A stretch of DNA of 64,000 nt from Candidatus Latescibacterota bacterium (GTDB taxonomy: Bacteria; Latescibacterota; UBA2968; UBA8231). Below, in pieces: positions 9,084 through 17,375 of this stretch (the stretch's first letter is position 1; every line of letters starts with the position of its first letter). The position numbers were made by a program, and so were the translations under genes. The notes beneath the pieces are model-generated. The model did not search any database, was not told where the DNA came from, and saw nothing but the letters and a program-made list of their open reading frames with translations. The stretch is from the NCBI GenBank assembly GCA_965248265.1, contig CBDFJF010000002.1:2304001-2368000 (forward strand). Reading direction: 5' to 3'.

Positions 9084-11171
9084 TCAAACCTCCCCGTCAT
9101 CCGGGTCCCGCGCGGGATCGGGGCCACCGGGCACTCTGGATGTCCCGAAGTGGTCCGGATTGAAATACCAGATCATGCCCTTGTCCGCTCCGACCACGAC
9201 CTCCCATGCGCCGTCGCCGTCCCAATCCACGACGGCCGGATGGACACCGTGACGCCAGAACTCCAGTGGCTCGCCGTCATCGTCGAAGAGCAACACTTCC
9301 GGACGCTTGAACACAGGCTCGGTGTTCGCACCGGTATTCCGACACAACAGCAGGTAACTGGCCTTGAAGGCGCTGTGGTATTGCGGTCCGACACCCAGGA
9401 CCAGATCCCAGCGTCCGTCGCCGTTCCAGTCGACGACGTCAATCTTGGTGCGACCGCGACGATCGCCAAGCTGGCCGGCGAGGTGGACGCCGTGGGTCTT
9501 GATGATGTCACCGTCCTCGTAGCGCAGCTTTTCACCCGCCTGCAGACCGGGTAAGTCGTCCCGTCCGGTGCGGCGGAATATGGCCAGATCGAGGTCGCGG
9601 TCCATGGTCACCAGATCGGGCAGTCCGTCGCCGGTGAAGTCGGCGGCTCCGGGTCGCACGCGCCAAGGGCCCAACAGGGTCTCCTGTCCGCAGTGGAGAC
9701 GCAGCGGTGGGTGAAGCCGCGGCCGCTCGCGGGATCCACGGTTGGGGTACCAGTCGTACAATCCGATCATGTCGCCGACGATCAAATCGAGCAACCCGTC
9801 GCCGTCCCAATCCACGAGCAGTGGGTTGCTGTAACCGCCGTTGAAGCCGTCGCTGGGACCCTGTGATGAGCCCCAGTGGTGTCCGGCCGCGGGGTTGGGC
9901 TTGGCATAGCGCCTGATCTCCTCGTTGCCGACGCGCACCCGCTCCGGAGGCGCAAAGCGGAGCGGATCCGTGGAGAGGGTGCGGTACCAGAAGAGGTAAC
10001 CCTCCACGCCCCCGACAACCAGGTCGGCCATGCCGGTGCCGCGCCAGTCGCCGGTCGTTGGCACGCTGAACTGTCCGCCGTTCACGTGGGGATCGTACTG
10101 TTTGATCTTTCGGGGGTCGTCGTAGATTGGCCGGCCTTCGTCGTCGTCGCCCCGGTAACGGCACCAGTAGACGTTAGACGAGGTGTCAGTGGCGATCAGG
10201 TCGGCACGGCCCTCAACCACCAGGTCACCGGTGTCGATGGCCGTGAACGCAGCGTGGCGGGTGAAGGGCGCGCCCTGAAGCGAGAGCAGCTCGGTTATCT
10301 CACCCCAGGTGGGTACGTCGCCGGCCTCGATCAGCGGCAGGTGCCACAGGTCACCGTAGTAGCCGGTGGCCAGTAACCCCTTCGACGCGTCGTCAGGGTC
10401 GACGGCGCAGACGGTACCGCCGGCGTCCTCGAACGGACCATTCCCGGCGGGCACTTCGACACGCCCGGCGTGAGTGAACTCGAAGCGGCCGTCTGTTCCC
10501 GTGTTGCGGAACAGGTGCAGTGACCACGATGGGACCGGACCTTTCCAGCGACCGTCCCTGGTGTAGCGCTCGCGCATGTCCTCCTCATCGCCTCCACCAC
10601 GAGGGTTCACCTCCTGATCGATGACCTTGACGACCAAGTCGGCCAGTCCGTCGCCGTTCCAGTCGAACGCGGCCTGCTTCTTGTGCGTCTCAGTGAACTC
10701 CATGCCCACATAGTGCACGAAGTCGCCCTCCGTGCGATGCGAGGGTGTACCGTTGCTGGAAGATATCGCCATGATCGGACCGAAGCCGATCGAATTCGGC
10801 GCCACGATGGCCTCAACATGGCCGTCGCCGTTGAAGTCACCCTTGGTCAGCACCGTTCCGCACAGACCGGTATCGTCCTCCGGGTTGCGGTCTCGATGCG
10901 GCGCCCGCGAGGTCGCCCCCCACTGTAGACCGCGATCGACGATGGGCGTGCCGTTGGGCAGAGCGTCGATGACCTTGAAGGAGTAGAGGTCGGCGCTGGA
11001 ACCGATCAACTCGAGCCGGCCGTCGCCGTCGAGGTCGAAGATGTTGACGAGCAGGTGTCCGGAGCCTGAGCAGTAGATGAACAGGTCGCCCAACTGGCTC
11101 GGGTCGCCGAGGGTCAACGGGGCGCCGTCTCCGCTGTTGCCGGTGGGGATGGGACGTGGGAAGTCGGTCAT
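9084..11171 (-). CDS. FG-GAP/VCBS repeat protein without a signal peptide
   Basis: Repeated D-[WF]-[DN]-G-D-G-x-x-D-L motifs; GAGGAG RBS. Confidence 0.85.
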   Translation of the reverse strand: MTDFPRPIPTGNSGDGAPLTLGDPSQLGDLFIYCSGSGHLLVNIFDLDGDGRLELIGSSADLYSFKVIDALPNGTPIVDRGLQWGATSRAPHRDRNPEDDTGLCGTVLTKGDFNGDGHVEAIVAPNSIGFGPIMAISSSNGTPSHRTEGDFVHYVGMEFTETHKKQAAFDWNGDGLADLVVKVIDQEVNPRGGGDEEDMRERYTRDGRWKGPVPSWSLHLFRNTGTDGRFEFTHAGRVEVPAGNGPFEDAGGTVCAVDPDDASKGLLATGYYGDLWHLPLIEAGDVPTWGEITELLSLQGAPFTRHAAFTAIDTGDLVVEGRADLIATDTSSNVYWCRYRGDDDEGRPIYDDPRKIKQYDPHVNGGQFSVPTTGDWRGTGMADLVVGGVEGYLFWYRTLSTDPLRFAPPERVRVGNEEIRRYAKPNPAAGHHWGSSQGPSDGFNGGYSNPLLVDWDGDGLLDLIVGDMIGLYDWYPNRGSRERPRLHPPLRLHCGQETLLGPWRVRPGAADFTGDGLPDLVTMDRDLDLAIFRRTGRDDLPGLQAGEKLRYEDGDIIKTHGVHLAGQLGDRRGRTKIDVVDWNGDGRWDLVLGVGPQYHSAFKASYLLLCRNTGANTEPVFKRPEVLLFDDDGEPLEFWRHGVHPAVVDWDGDGAWEVVVGADKGMIWYFNPDHFGTSRVPGGPDPARDPDDGEV

Positions 11172-11457
11172 GATCTCTCCTCGATTCGCAGTTTTCTGCC
11201 ACGTATCATAAACAGATGGACCTTCAGTCAGGAGAGTGAACCCGTGCCACTGACATCAACTCGTCGACGAAGTCCGCGGGTAGAATCGTCGCTGTTTACC
11301 GGATAGTCTTCGCGCAGGGCCCGGACGTTGGGGTCCATACTGAAGTCGGAGTAGATGTGTTGCTGCCAGTCGATCCCGCCACGGCCAGCCCCCTCAGATC
11401 ACCATCCACCATGGGCCCGAGACGCCCACCCACCTCCTGCTGCCGGTGTGTGCCTGA

Positions 11458-12408
11458 TCATCCCTCTATCGGAATGACCGGCTCGCCCCGGGTCTGTGTC
11501 CGCCACATGAAGCGAGTTTTCGTATTCTCCATCGGGCGGCGGGAATGTAGCAGCATCCGATTGTCCCAGACGACGACCTGGCCAAGTTGCCATTTGTGGC
11601 AGTAGCAGAACTGCTCCTGGGTGGCGTGGGCCCATAGCTCATCCAGCAACGCCTCGCTCTCTTCCAGTTCCATGCCGAGGATGTAGCCGTTGGTGCGGCG
11701 ACCCAGGAAAAGCGCCTCACAATCGGCGTCTTGTATTCGGCGCACCATGGGATGGGCATGGCCGAGGGCCTCCGCTGGCGACCCCGGGGCGCTCATGCCG
11801 GGTCGCAGGACGCCGCTGCTGCCGTAGGTGGAGTCGTGTTTGAGGCGCAGGCTCAGGACACGCTGTCTGAGATCGGCCGGCAACTGCTGTGCCGCCATCA
11901 CCTGGTTGCAGAAGTCGGTGTCGCCCCCTTCGTCGGGTACCTCGCGCGCGTGCAGCAGGCTGAACGTCGGAGGGACTTCCAGGTAGGACATGTCGGTATG
12001 CCATTCCCACTCGCCGAAGAACTTCGGATCGACGGACTCGGTTTCTAGGCTCTGTGGATCGAGGTTGCCGATGAAACCCAAGTACGGATCGATACCTTTA
12101 TCGCGTAGCGCCGCATCCTGCTCCTCGACGGACAGCTGCTGTTCCTCGGCAGATCCCTTCTTGCCGATTCCGTCGATCAATCCCGGAGCGTACTCGTTTT
12201 CGCCGAACACGGCGGTGAGGGCGTGGAGCTCTTCCGATTCCAGGAGCCTGCCGAAGGGGAAACAGAGAAGCCCCCGGGATCTCCGGTGGGCGTCCCGGAT
12301 TTCGACCTTCTCATCCTCCGAAACGGCTCCCGGGTCGACTCCCAAAATCTCGAGGCCGAATGGGGCTCCATCGATGGATCTAACCGTCAGTCGCGTATTG
12401 TCCGTCAT
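11458..12408 (-). CDS. TauD/TfdA family Fe(II)/2OG dioxygenase
   Basis: WHTD, GGDTDF and WDNRMLLHSR. Confidence 0.9.
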   Translation of the reverse strand: MTDNTRLTVRSIDGAPFGLEILGVDPGAVSEDEKVEIRDAHRRSRGLLCFPFGRLLESEELHALTAVFGENEYAPGLIDGIGKKGSAEEQQLSVEEQDAALRDKGIDPYLGFIGNLDPQSLETESVDPKFFGEWEWHTDMSYLEVPPTFSLLHAREVPDEGGDTDFCNQVMAAQQLPADLRQRVLSLRLKHDSTYGSSGVLRPGMSAPGSPAEALGHAHPMVRRIQDADCEALFLGRRTNGYILGMELEESEALLDELWAHATQEQFCYCHKWQLGQVVVWDNRMLLHSRRPMENTKTRFMWRTQTRGEPVIPIEG

Positions 12409-12553
12409 GTTTGCGTCCGATGTTGGCGTTGCCTTTTGCTCAAGCCCGGCGACCTCGCCTTCAGGCGTAGGTGCCGTAGCGCTCTACCAACTCTATGGCA
12501 AATGACAGCCTCCTTGAGGTCGATTTTCTCCTCCAGTTCCACAGCGATGGCCC

Positions 12554-13921
12554 CTATGCCTGCCATCGCGTTTGTGCATTCCACTCTGCCAACCGCTCTT
12601 GCAGGTCCTCTTCCGGGTCGGCTCCTGAACCGAACAGATTGTGCTGCTGATAGGGATCGTCGCGCAGATCGTAGAATTGGCCGCCCTCCGCGGCGAAGGA
12701 ACGCAGGTCGCCATCCAGGACTCTGCCGTATAGATGCGTTGACGTGCGCAGGCCGATCTCGCACCTGGTCGTCTCGATAAAGGCGCCGTTCTCGGCCAGC
12801 TCCGCGCATTCGCCCCGCAGGATCGGTGCCAGCGAACGCCCCTGTACGCTGGTCGGCACCGACGCCCCGCACAGGTCCAGAATAGTCGGCATCACGTCGA
12901 TGGTCTGCGCCACTTGAGTGCTGTTCACCTTCGACCCGTGACCGCTCCGGAAGATCATGGGAATGCGGATAGACTCCTCGATGAGCAGCATCTTGTTGAA
13001 GCGGTGTTGGGAGCCCAGGTTGTCTCCGTGATCGGAGAGGAAGACCACGATCGTGTTGTCGGCCAGGCCGCTGGTTTCGATGCCGTTCAACAGCCGGCCC
13101 ACGGTATCGTCCACCCAGGTTGTCAATCCGTAGTAGAGGGCGACGAGATGCCGCAGGTCGAAGTTCTCTGGCAAGTACTCCGTATACGGCAGGTGCTGCT
13201 CGTAATACAGGAAGTCCCAAAGATATATCTTGAACAAGTGTTCGTTCCAAGGCAGCTCGCCGTCGATATACACATTGGGCCGGAGCGGTACTTCATCGGG
13301 GCCGTACATGTTCAGATACTTCTCCGGTGCATCGGCCAACGGCATATGCGGCGGCGATATGTTGTAGAACATGAAGAAGGGCCGTTCATGTTTCGCTTTT
13401 AGAAAAGCGCCCACGCGTTCGGCCTCGAAGTCTACGCTGAAACCCTCGACCACCTCGCCCAGTCCGGTGTTCTCGATGAAGGTCTGTCCGGTGTGGCGGT
13501 GATGGACACGTGGAAAGAGCGCGGAGTCGAAACCAACCAGGTGCGGCGCCGGATGCACGTGCCATTTGCCGAACAGGGCCGTCTCGTATCCCTGGGCGCG
13601 CAAGGCCTCGGCCACGGTCGTGTCGCGCAGCCAGGTGCGCTCCTGCAACGGGTACGCCCAATCTATGTTCGGGTCTTCCCAATACCCCGGCTTCAGGTGG
13701 TCCAGGAACCCCGTGCACGTGCGACTGAACTGGCCCGTCAACAGACAGGAGCGGGCCGGCATACACACCGGATTGTTGGTTGCGGCCAGTTCGAAACGCG
13801 TCCCTTGACTTGCGAGGCGGTCGATATGAGGCGTGCGGACGACCTCGTTGCCGTAGCACCCCACCTCGAAAGCACGCAACTGGTCGCATGTGCAAAGAAC
13901 GACGTTCGGTGCGTTTACCAT
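12554..13921 (-). CDS. Cys-type sulfatase
   Basis: PNVVL..DQ, CMPARSCLLTG (CxPxR), GKWH, PPH and SDHG. Confidence 0.93.
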   Translation of the reverse strand: MVNAPNVVLCTCDQLRAFEVGCYGNEVVRTPHIDRLASQGTRFELAATNNPVCMPARSCLLTGQFSRTCTGFLDHLKPGYWEDPNIDWAYPLQERTWLRDTTVAEALRAQGYETALFGKWHVHPAPHLVGFDSALFPRVHHRHTGQTFIENTGLGEVVEGFSVDFEAERVGAFLKAKHERPFFMFYNISPPHMPLADAPEKYLNMYGPDEVPLRPNVYIDGELPWNEHLFKIYLWDFLYYEQHLPYTEYLPENFDLRHLVALYYGLTTWVDDTVGRLLNGIETSGLADNTIVVFLSDHGDNLGSQHRFNKMLLIEESIRIPMIFRSGHGSKVNSTQVAQTIDVMPTILDLCGASVPTSVQGRSLAPILRGECAELAENGAFIETTRCEIGLRTSTHLYGRVLDGDLRSFAAEGGQFYDLRDDPYQQHNLFGSGADPEEDLQERLAEWNAQTRWQA

Positions 13922-13959
13922 CTTCCTTCCGTCCTGTTCCAGTAGTCAGCAGCTGTAAC

Positions 13960-14180
13960 GACTCGCAGACACGATAGCGCTCTCTGGGCTCCCGCATGCC
14001 GAAGCCGCGCAAGTATATGCGGGTGACGTTGTTGACGTTGCCGTAGAACGCGCGCACCTCCGGATCCGGGTCGTGGAAGAACATCGGCGGGATAATGGAA
14101 TCGTCGGCGAGATACGGACGATTGCGGTGGCCGTAGTAGGTTTGCACACTCTTGCGCACTTTCTCGGTCTCGCGGCCCGT
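13960..14180 (-). pseudogene. Gene remnant (possibly a PhyH-like C-terminus)
   Basis: GC3-rich stretch RKSVQTYYGHRNRPYLADDSIIPPMFFHDPDPEVRAFYG with no 5' part. Confidence 0.35.
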
Positions 14181-14349
14181 GGCCGGTGCAGCACCGACAC
14201 GCTAAATAGGCAAGCGCATAGTGAGGATAAAGGTCATAGTCGTGAGACGGATAGACAAGCGGTGACGTGTCAACACCAATCGTGGGCAAATGTCGGGTCT
14301 CCGTTCAGTTGAGGATAGGTGTGTAGGGACGGTTGTTCTTGAGGACACG

Positions 14350-14455
14350 GTTTGTGCCGCCACCGATCGAGTTCGCAGGCAACCGTCTGCTGCTGAACAT
14401 CGACTGCAGCGCCATGGGCGAAGCGTGGGTCGAGCTCCAGGACGAAAGCGGCAGC
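14350..14455 (+). pseudogene. C-terminal fragment related to the family of 20194-21564
   Basis: PPIEFAGNRLLLNID...AWVELQDESG resembles KPMRWPGGDLILNAS...SIEVWDGDG. Confidence 0.45.
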
Positions 14456-14538
14456 GATGGCGGGGTGGTTGAAACTGCGCTGAAGGGGGATCTGCGAGTC
14501 CGGGAGATGGTCGTCAGGGGGATGATCATCTGGGATGA

Positions 14539-15288
14539 TTAGTCGAGCAAGCTCGACCGCAGTCGGGCAACTTCCTCTTTGCCGAGGCCAATCCTCTCTA
14601 CGTACTTGGCAATACCACCATACTTGGTCTGCATGTGCTCGAGAACAATCTCCATCGTCTGCTCCGCAGAATAGGCTCTGCTGAATTCCTCCAGAGTCGC
14701 CTCGCTACCGTGTTCGCGTCGAAAATCGTCGCGATCGCGGGGCCAGAGGTAGTGTGCACTCAGTGCGTAGTCCGCAACAATGGTTCCGTCGGGCACTCGG
14801 GCGAGACCAAGCAACAGTGCTGAGACGAGTCCGGTGCGATCCTTGCCGGCGGCGCAGTTGTAGAGCCCGGGCAGCGCCCCCGGTGCGGCGAAGACCCTGA
14901 GGGTCTCGAGCAACCTTTCCTGCCGTTCGTCTATCCAGTACTTGTAACTCTCAGCTGTCCTCAACTCGGAGGGAAGATCTGCTGGTGGTACGGCACGGGT
15001 TGTTCCCTCGATCAGTACATCGATGTGGACGTACGTCGGCGCCGACGTGGAGGAGGCAAAAACAGACGGTTGCTCAGCGAGCTCGCTCGGCAGTCTCAAG
15101 TCGACGATCGTCTGCAGGCCGAAATCGACGAGCGACTGCTGAGCCGCGGGCGTGAGCTTGTCCAGGCAAGCGGCGCGCAGGAAAACGCCCCAGTTCGTCT
15201 GGCCGCCGTCCACCGTGTCGTAGCCCCCGAGGTCCCTGATATTGTATCCACCTTCGAGGTCGAGATGTCTCTGTCCGTTGGTATGCAT
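14539..15288 (-). CDS. Tyrosine-protein phosphatase (Y_phosphatase3, IphP/PtpB-like)
   Basis: NIRDLGG, IVDLR and P-loop CAAGKDRTG. Confidence 0.92.
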   Translation of the reverse strand: MHTNGQRHLDLEGGYNIRDLGGYDTVDGGQTNWGVFLRAACLDKLTPAAQQSLVDFGLQTIVDLRLPSELAEQPSVFASSTSAPTYVHIDVLIEGTTRAVPPADLPSELRTAESYKYWIDERQERLLETLRVFAAPGALPGLYNCAAGKDRTGLVSALLLGLARVPDGTIVADYALSAHYLWPRDRDDFRREHGSEATLEEFSRAYSAEQTMEIVLEHMQTKYGGIAKYVERIGLGKEEVARLRSSLLD

Positions 15289-15302
15289 GTGGTAACTATC
15301 CC

Positions 15303-15554
15303 TTACTGGTGTGTGTTTGCGAGTGGACCGCCGACACGCTGCGCTCGGTCGCTATTCGAAGAGGAGCCACCCATAAATACATCGTCGAAGGAATCCTTGT
15401 AGATGGCCAGTTGCTTACGGCGAATATGGCGAACCTGGTTGACGCTGAGGCCGAAATGGTTGGCAATCTTCTGATTGATGCGGTGAGGATTCCACCGGTC
15501 CAAGATCAACTGCTGGATGATCTCGTGTTCCTGAGTGGTCAGTTCCTTGCCCAT
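15303..15554 (-). CDS. Small hypothetical protein, possible helix-turn-helix
   Basis: NQKIANHFGLSVNQVRHIRR is HTH-like. Confidence 0.45.
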   Translation of the reverse strand: MGKELTTQEHEIIQQLILDRWNPHRINQKIANHFGLSVNQVRHIRRKQLAIYKDSFDDVFMGGSSSNSDRAQRVGGPLANTHQ

Positions 15555-16081
15555 GCAACAAACTTAAAAAACGGGGACGTGCAGGAAAAGAAGGGCGAAG
15601 TGTATGGTTGTATGGGTGTGAGTGACTGCCCTCAAGGGCTGGCTCTCGAGTCCTGTCCGCTTCGCTGTTTCTTTGCGCTTTGCGAAGTTACCTCTGGATC
15701 ATCCAGCGCACGCAGCGCTCTCGCCCGAACCAGCTTCATCGCCGGGGTCGGTCCGAAACCTTGACCTCCGCAAACCAGCCCTCATGTCGGGGATGCAGCC
15801 TCTAACAGAGAGATCACCTGGTCGAAACTTTTGGCGTCAGCGGAGAGTTCGTGCGGATTCAGGGTATGTGGACCTTCACCCTACCGGGTTGCCCACCCCA
15901 AGCCGCCCACTCCAATGGGGATGACCCCGTCGACGTTTAGGAAGTACAAAGGCCCTTTTCGTGATCCACGAGTCCGGACGTGAGTATTTGGCGCCATTGG
16001 TGGGTAGGATCGGATTGATACTTCCCCAAGAGAGTGGACACCTCGAAGCGCCAAGTTAAATTTCTGGCAGGAGGTGTTCTT

Positions 16082-16369
16082 ATGTCACGCAAGTATGATC
16101 GTGAGTTTAAGCTCGAGGCCATTCGCCTGGCCGCAGAAGAAGGGGTATCGGCCCGAGGGGTCGAGCAACGATTGGGTTTAAGTGCAGGCATTATCAGTCG
16201 TTGGAAGAGAGAATTGAAGGTCCAAGGAGATGAAGCCTTCCCAGGTACCGGCCATTTAGGTGATCACGACGAGGAGGTCCGCCGTTTGCGGCGTGAGCTG
16301 GCGCGGGTGTCCCAGGAACGAGATATCCTAAAAAAGGCGGCGGCCTTCTTCGCCAACGAGTCCAGATGA
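16082..16369 (+). CDS. IS3 transposase OrfA (HTH)
   Basis: RKYDREFKLEAI and ERDILKKAAAFF; GGAGGT RBS; AAAAAAG at 16330-16336 as a possible -1 slippery site. Confidence 0.95.
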   Translation: MSRKYDREFKLEAIRLAAEEGVSARGVEQRLGLSAGIISRWKRELKVQGDEAFPGTGHLGDHDEEVRRLRRELARVSQERDILKKAAAFFANESR

Positions 16370-17235
16370 GGTATCGCTTCATCGAGGTGGAGAAGGCGAT
16401 GTACCCGGTCACTATGTTGTGTCGCGTGCTGCGGGTGTCGCGTAGCGGTTTCTACGCCTGGCAGCAGCGCCCGATCAGTCCTCGAGCTGAGCAGACTCGG
16501 CGACTGGATGTCGAGATCAACAAGTTGTTTGAAGCCAGCAAGCGGCGCTCCGGTAGCCCAAAGATCACCCGCGCCCTGATAGACGGAGGCTGGCAGGTGG
16601 GCGAGAATCGCGTTGCACGGCGCATGCGTGTGTTGGGTCTGCGTTCGATTGTGCGACGCCGTTTCAAGGTGACGACCAACTCGCAACATCGATTTGCGGT
16701 GGCGCCGAACCGTTTGCAGCGCGATTTCACCGCACAGCGCCCCAATCAAGTGTGGGTCAGCGACCTGACCTACCTCAGCGTCGGTCGCGGCTGGTTGTAT
16801 TTGGTCGTCGTCATCGACCTGTACTCCAGGCGCGTGGTGGGTTGGGCGTTGAGCTCGGCACTGGATCACCGCGTGGCGCTGGTCGCGCTGCAGCGGGCTG
16901 TAGCTCAACGTCGTCCGCCGAGGGGTCTGATCATCCATTCCGATCGCGGCGTTCAATACGCCTGCACCGCGTTCACTAACTGGGTCAGCAAACACGGCTT
17001 TGTGCAGAGTATGAGCCGTAAGGGCGACTGCTGGGATAACGCCGTGGCTGAGTCCTTCTTCCATCTGCTCAAGACCGAGTTGACCTACCACGAACACTGG
17101 CTCAACTACCGGGCCGCGTATCGCAGCCTGTTCGACTACATCGAGATTTTTTACAATCGAGAAAGGAGTCATTCCACCCTGGATTACGCAACACCCGCAG
17201 CATTCGAGCAGCATTCAACCAAACTTGCTGCTTGA
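16366..17235 (+). CDS. IS3 transposase OrfB (DDE)
   Basis: WVSDLTY, HSDRGVQY and DNAVAESFF; ATGA overlap with orfA. Confidence 0.96.
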   Translation: MRYRFIEVEKAMYPVTMLCRVLRVSRSGFYAWQQRPISPRAEQTRRLDVEINKLFEASKRRSGSPKITRALIDGGWQVGENRVARRMRVLGLRSIVRRRFKVTTNSQHRFAVAPNRLQRDFTAQRPNQVWVSDLTYLSVGRGWLYLVVVIDLYSRRVVGWALSSALDHRVALVALQRAVAQRRPPRGLIIHSDRGVQYACTAFTNWVSKHGFVQSMSRKGDCWDNAVAESFFHLLKTELTYHEHWLNYRAAYRSLFDYIEIFYNRERSHSTLDYATPAAFEQHSTKLAA

Positions 17236-17274
17236 CGGTGTCCATTTTTCCGGGGGAGTATCAGATACATCACA

Positions 17275-17349
17275 ATTATCTCCGTACCCCGTCGATCCGC
17301 GCTGGTTGATGATTAGCACCGCGTATCCCACTCCGGCCAACATCTGAAA
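17275..17349 (-). pseudogene. Tiny S9-family peptidase fragment
   Basis: FQMLAGVGYAVLIINQRGSTGYGD matches the S9 N-x-RGS-x-GYG motif; cut exactly at the repeat end. Confidence 0.65.
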
Positions 17350-17375
17350 GTCGAAAGAGAACAGTGACCTCCCGT

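Larger units (their letters stand above)
16016..17263 (+). mobile_element. IS3-family insertion sequence, 1248 bp, apparently intact
   Basis: TG...CA ends; 27-bp inverted repeats matching at 21/27; GAT duplication at 16013-16015 and 17264-17266; orfA/orfB layout. Confidence 0.97.
15936..17274. repeat. ~89-bp repeat copy 2, split by the IS3 element (15936-16015 and 17267-17274)
   Basis: Removing the IS and one GAT restores CGGATACATCACA as in copy 1. Confidence 0.9.

Noticed and set aside
8242-9252. 336-aa plus-strand ORF as a single gene
   Set aside because: Both ends are antisense to better-supported genes; only ~8790-9060 looks protein-like
12405-14159. Long alternative-frame ORFs overlapping the sulfatase
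   Set aside because: Arg/Gly/Pro-rich shadow ORFs typical of high-GC DNA
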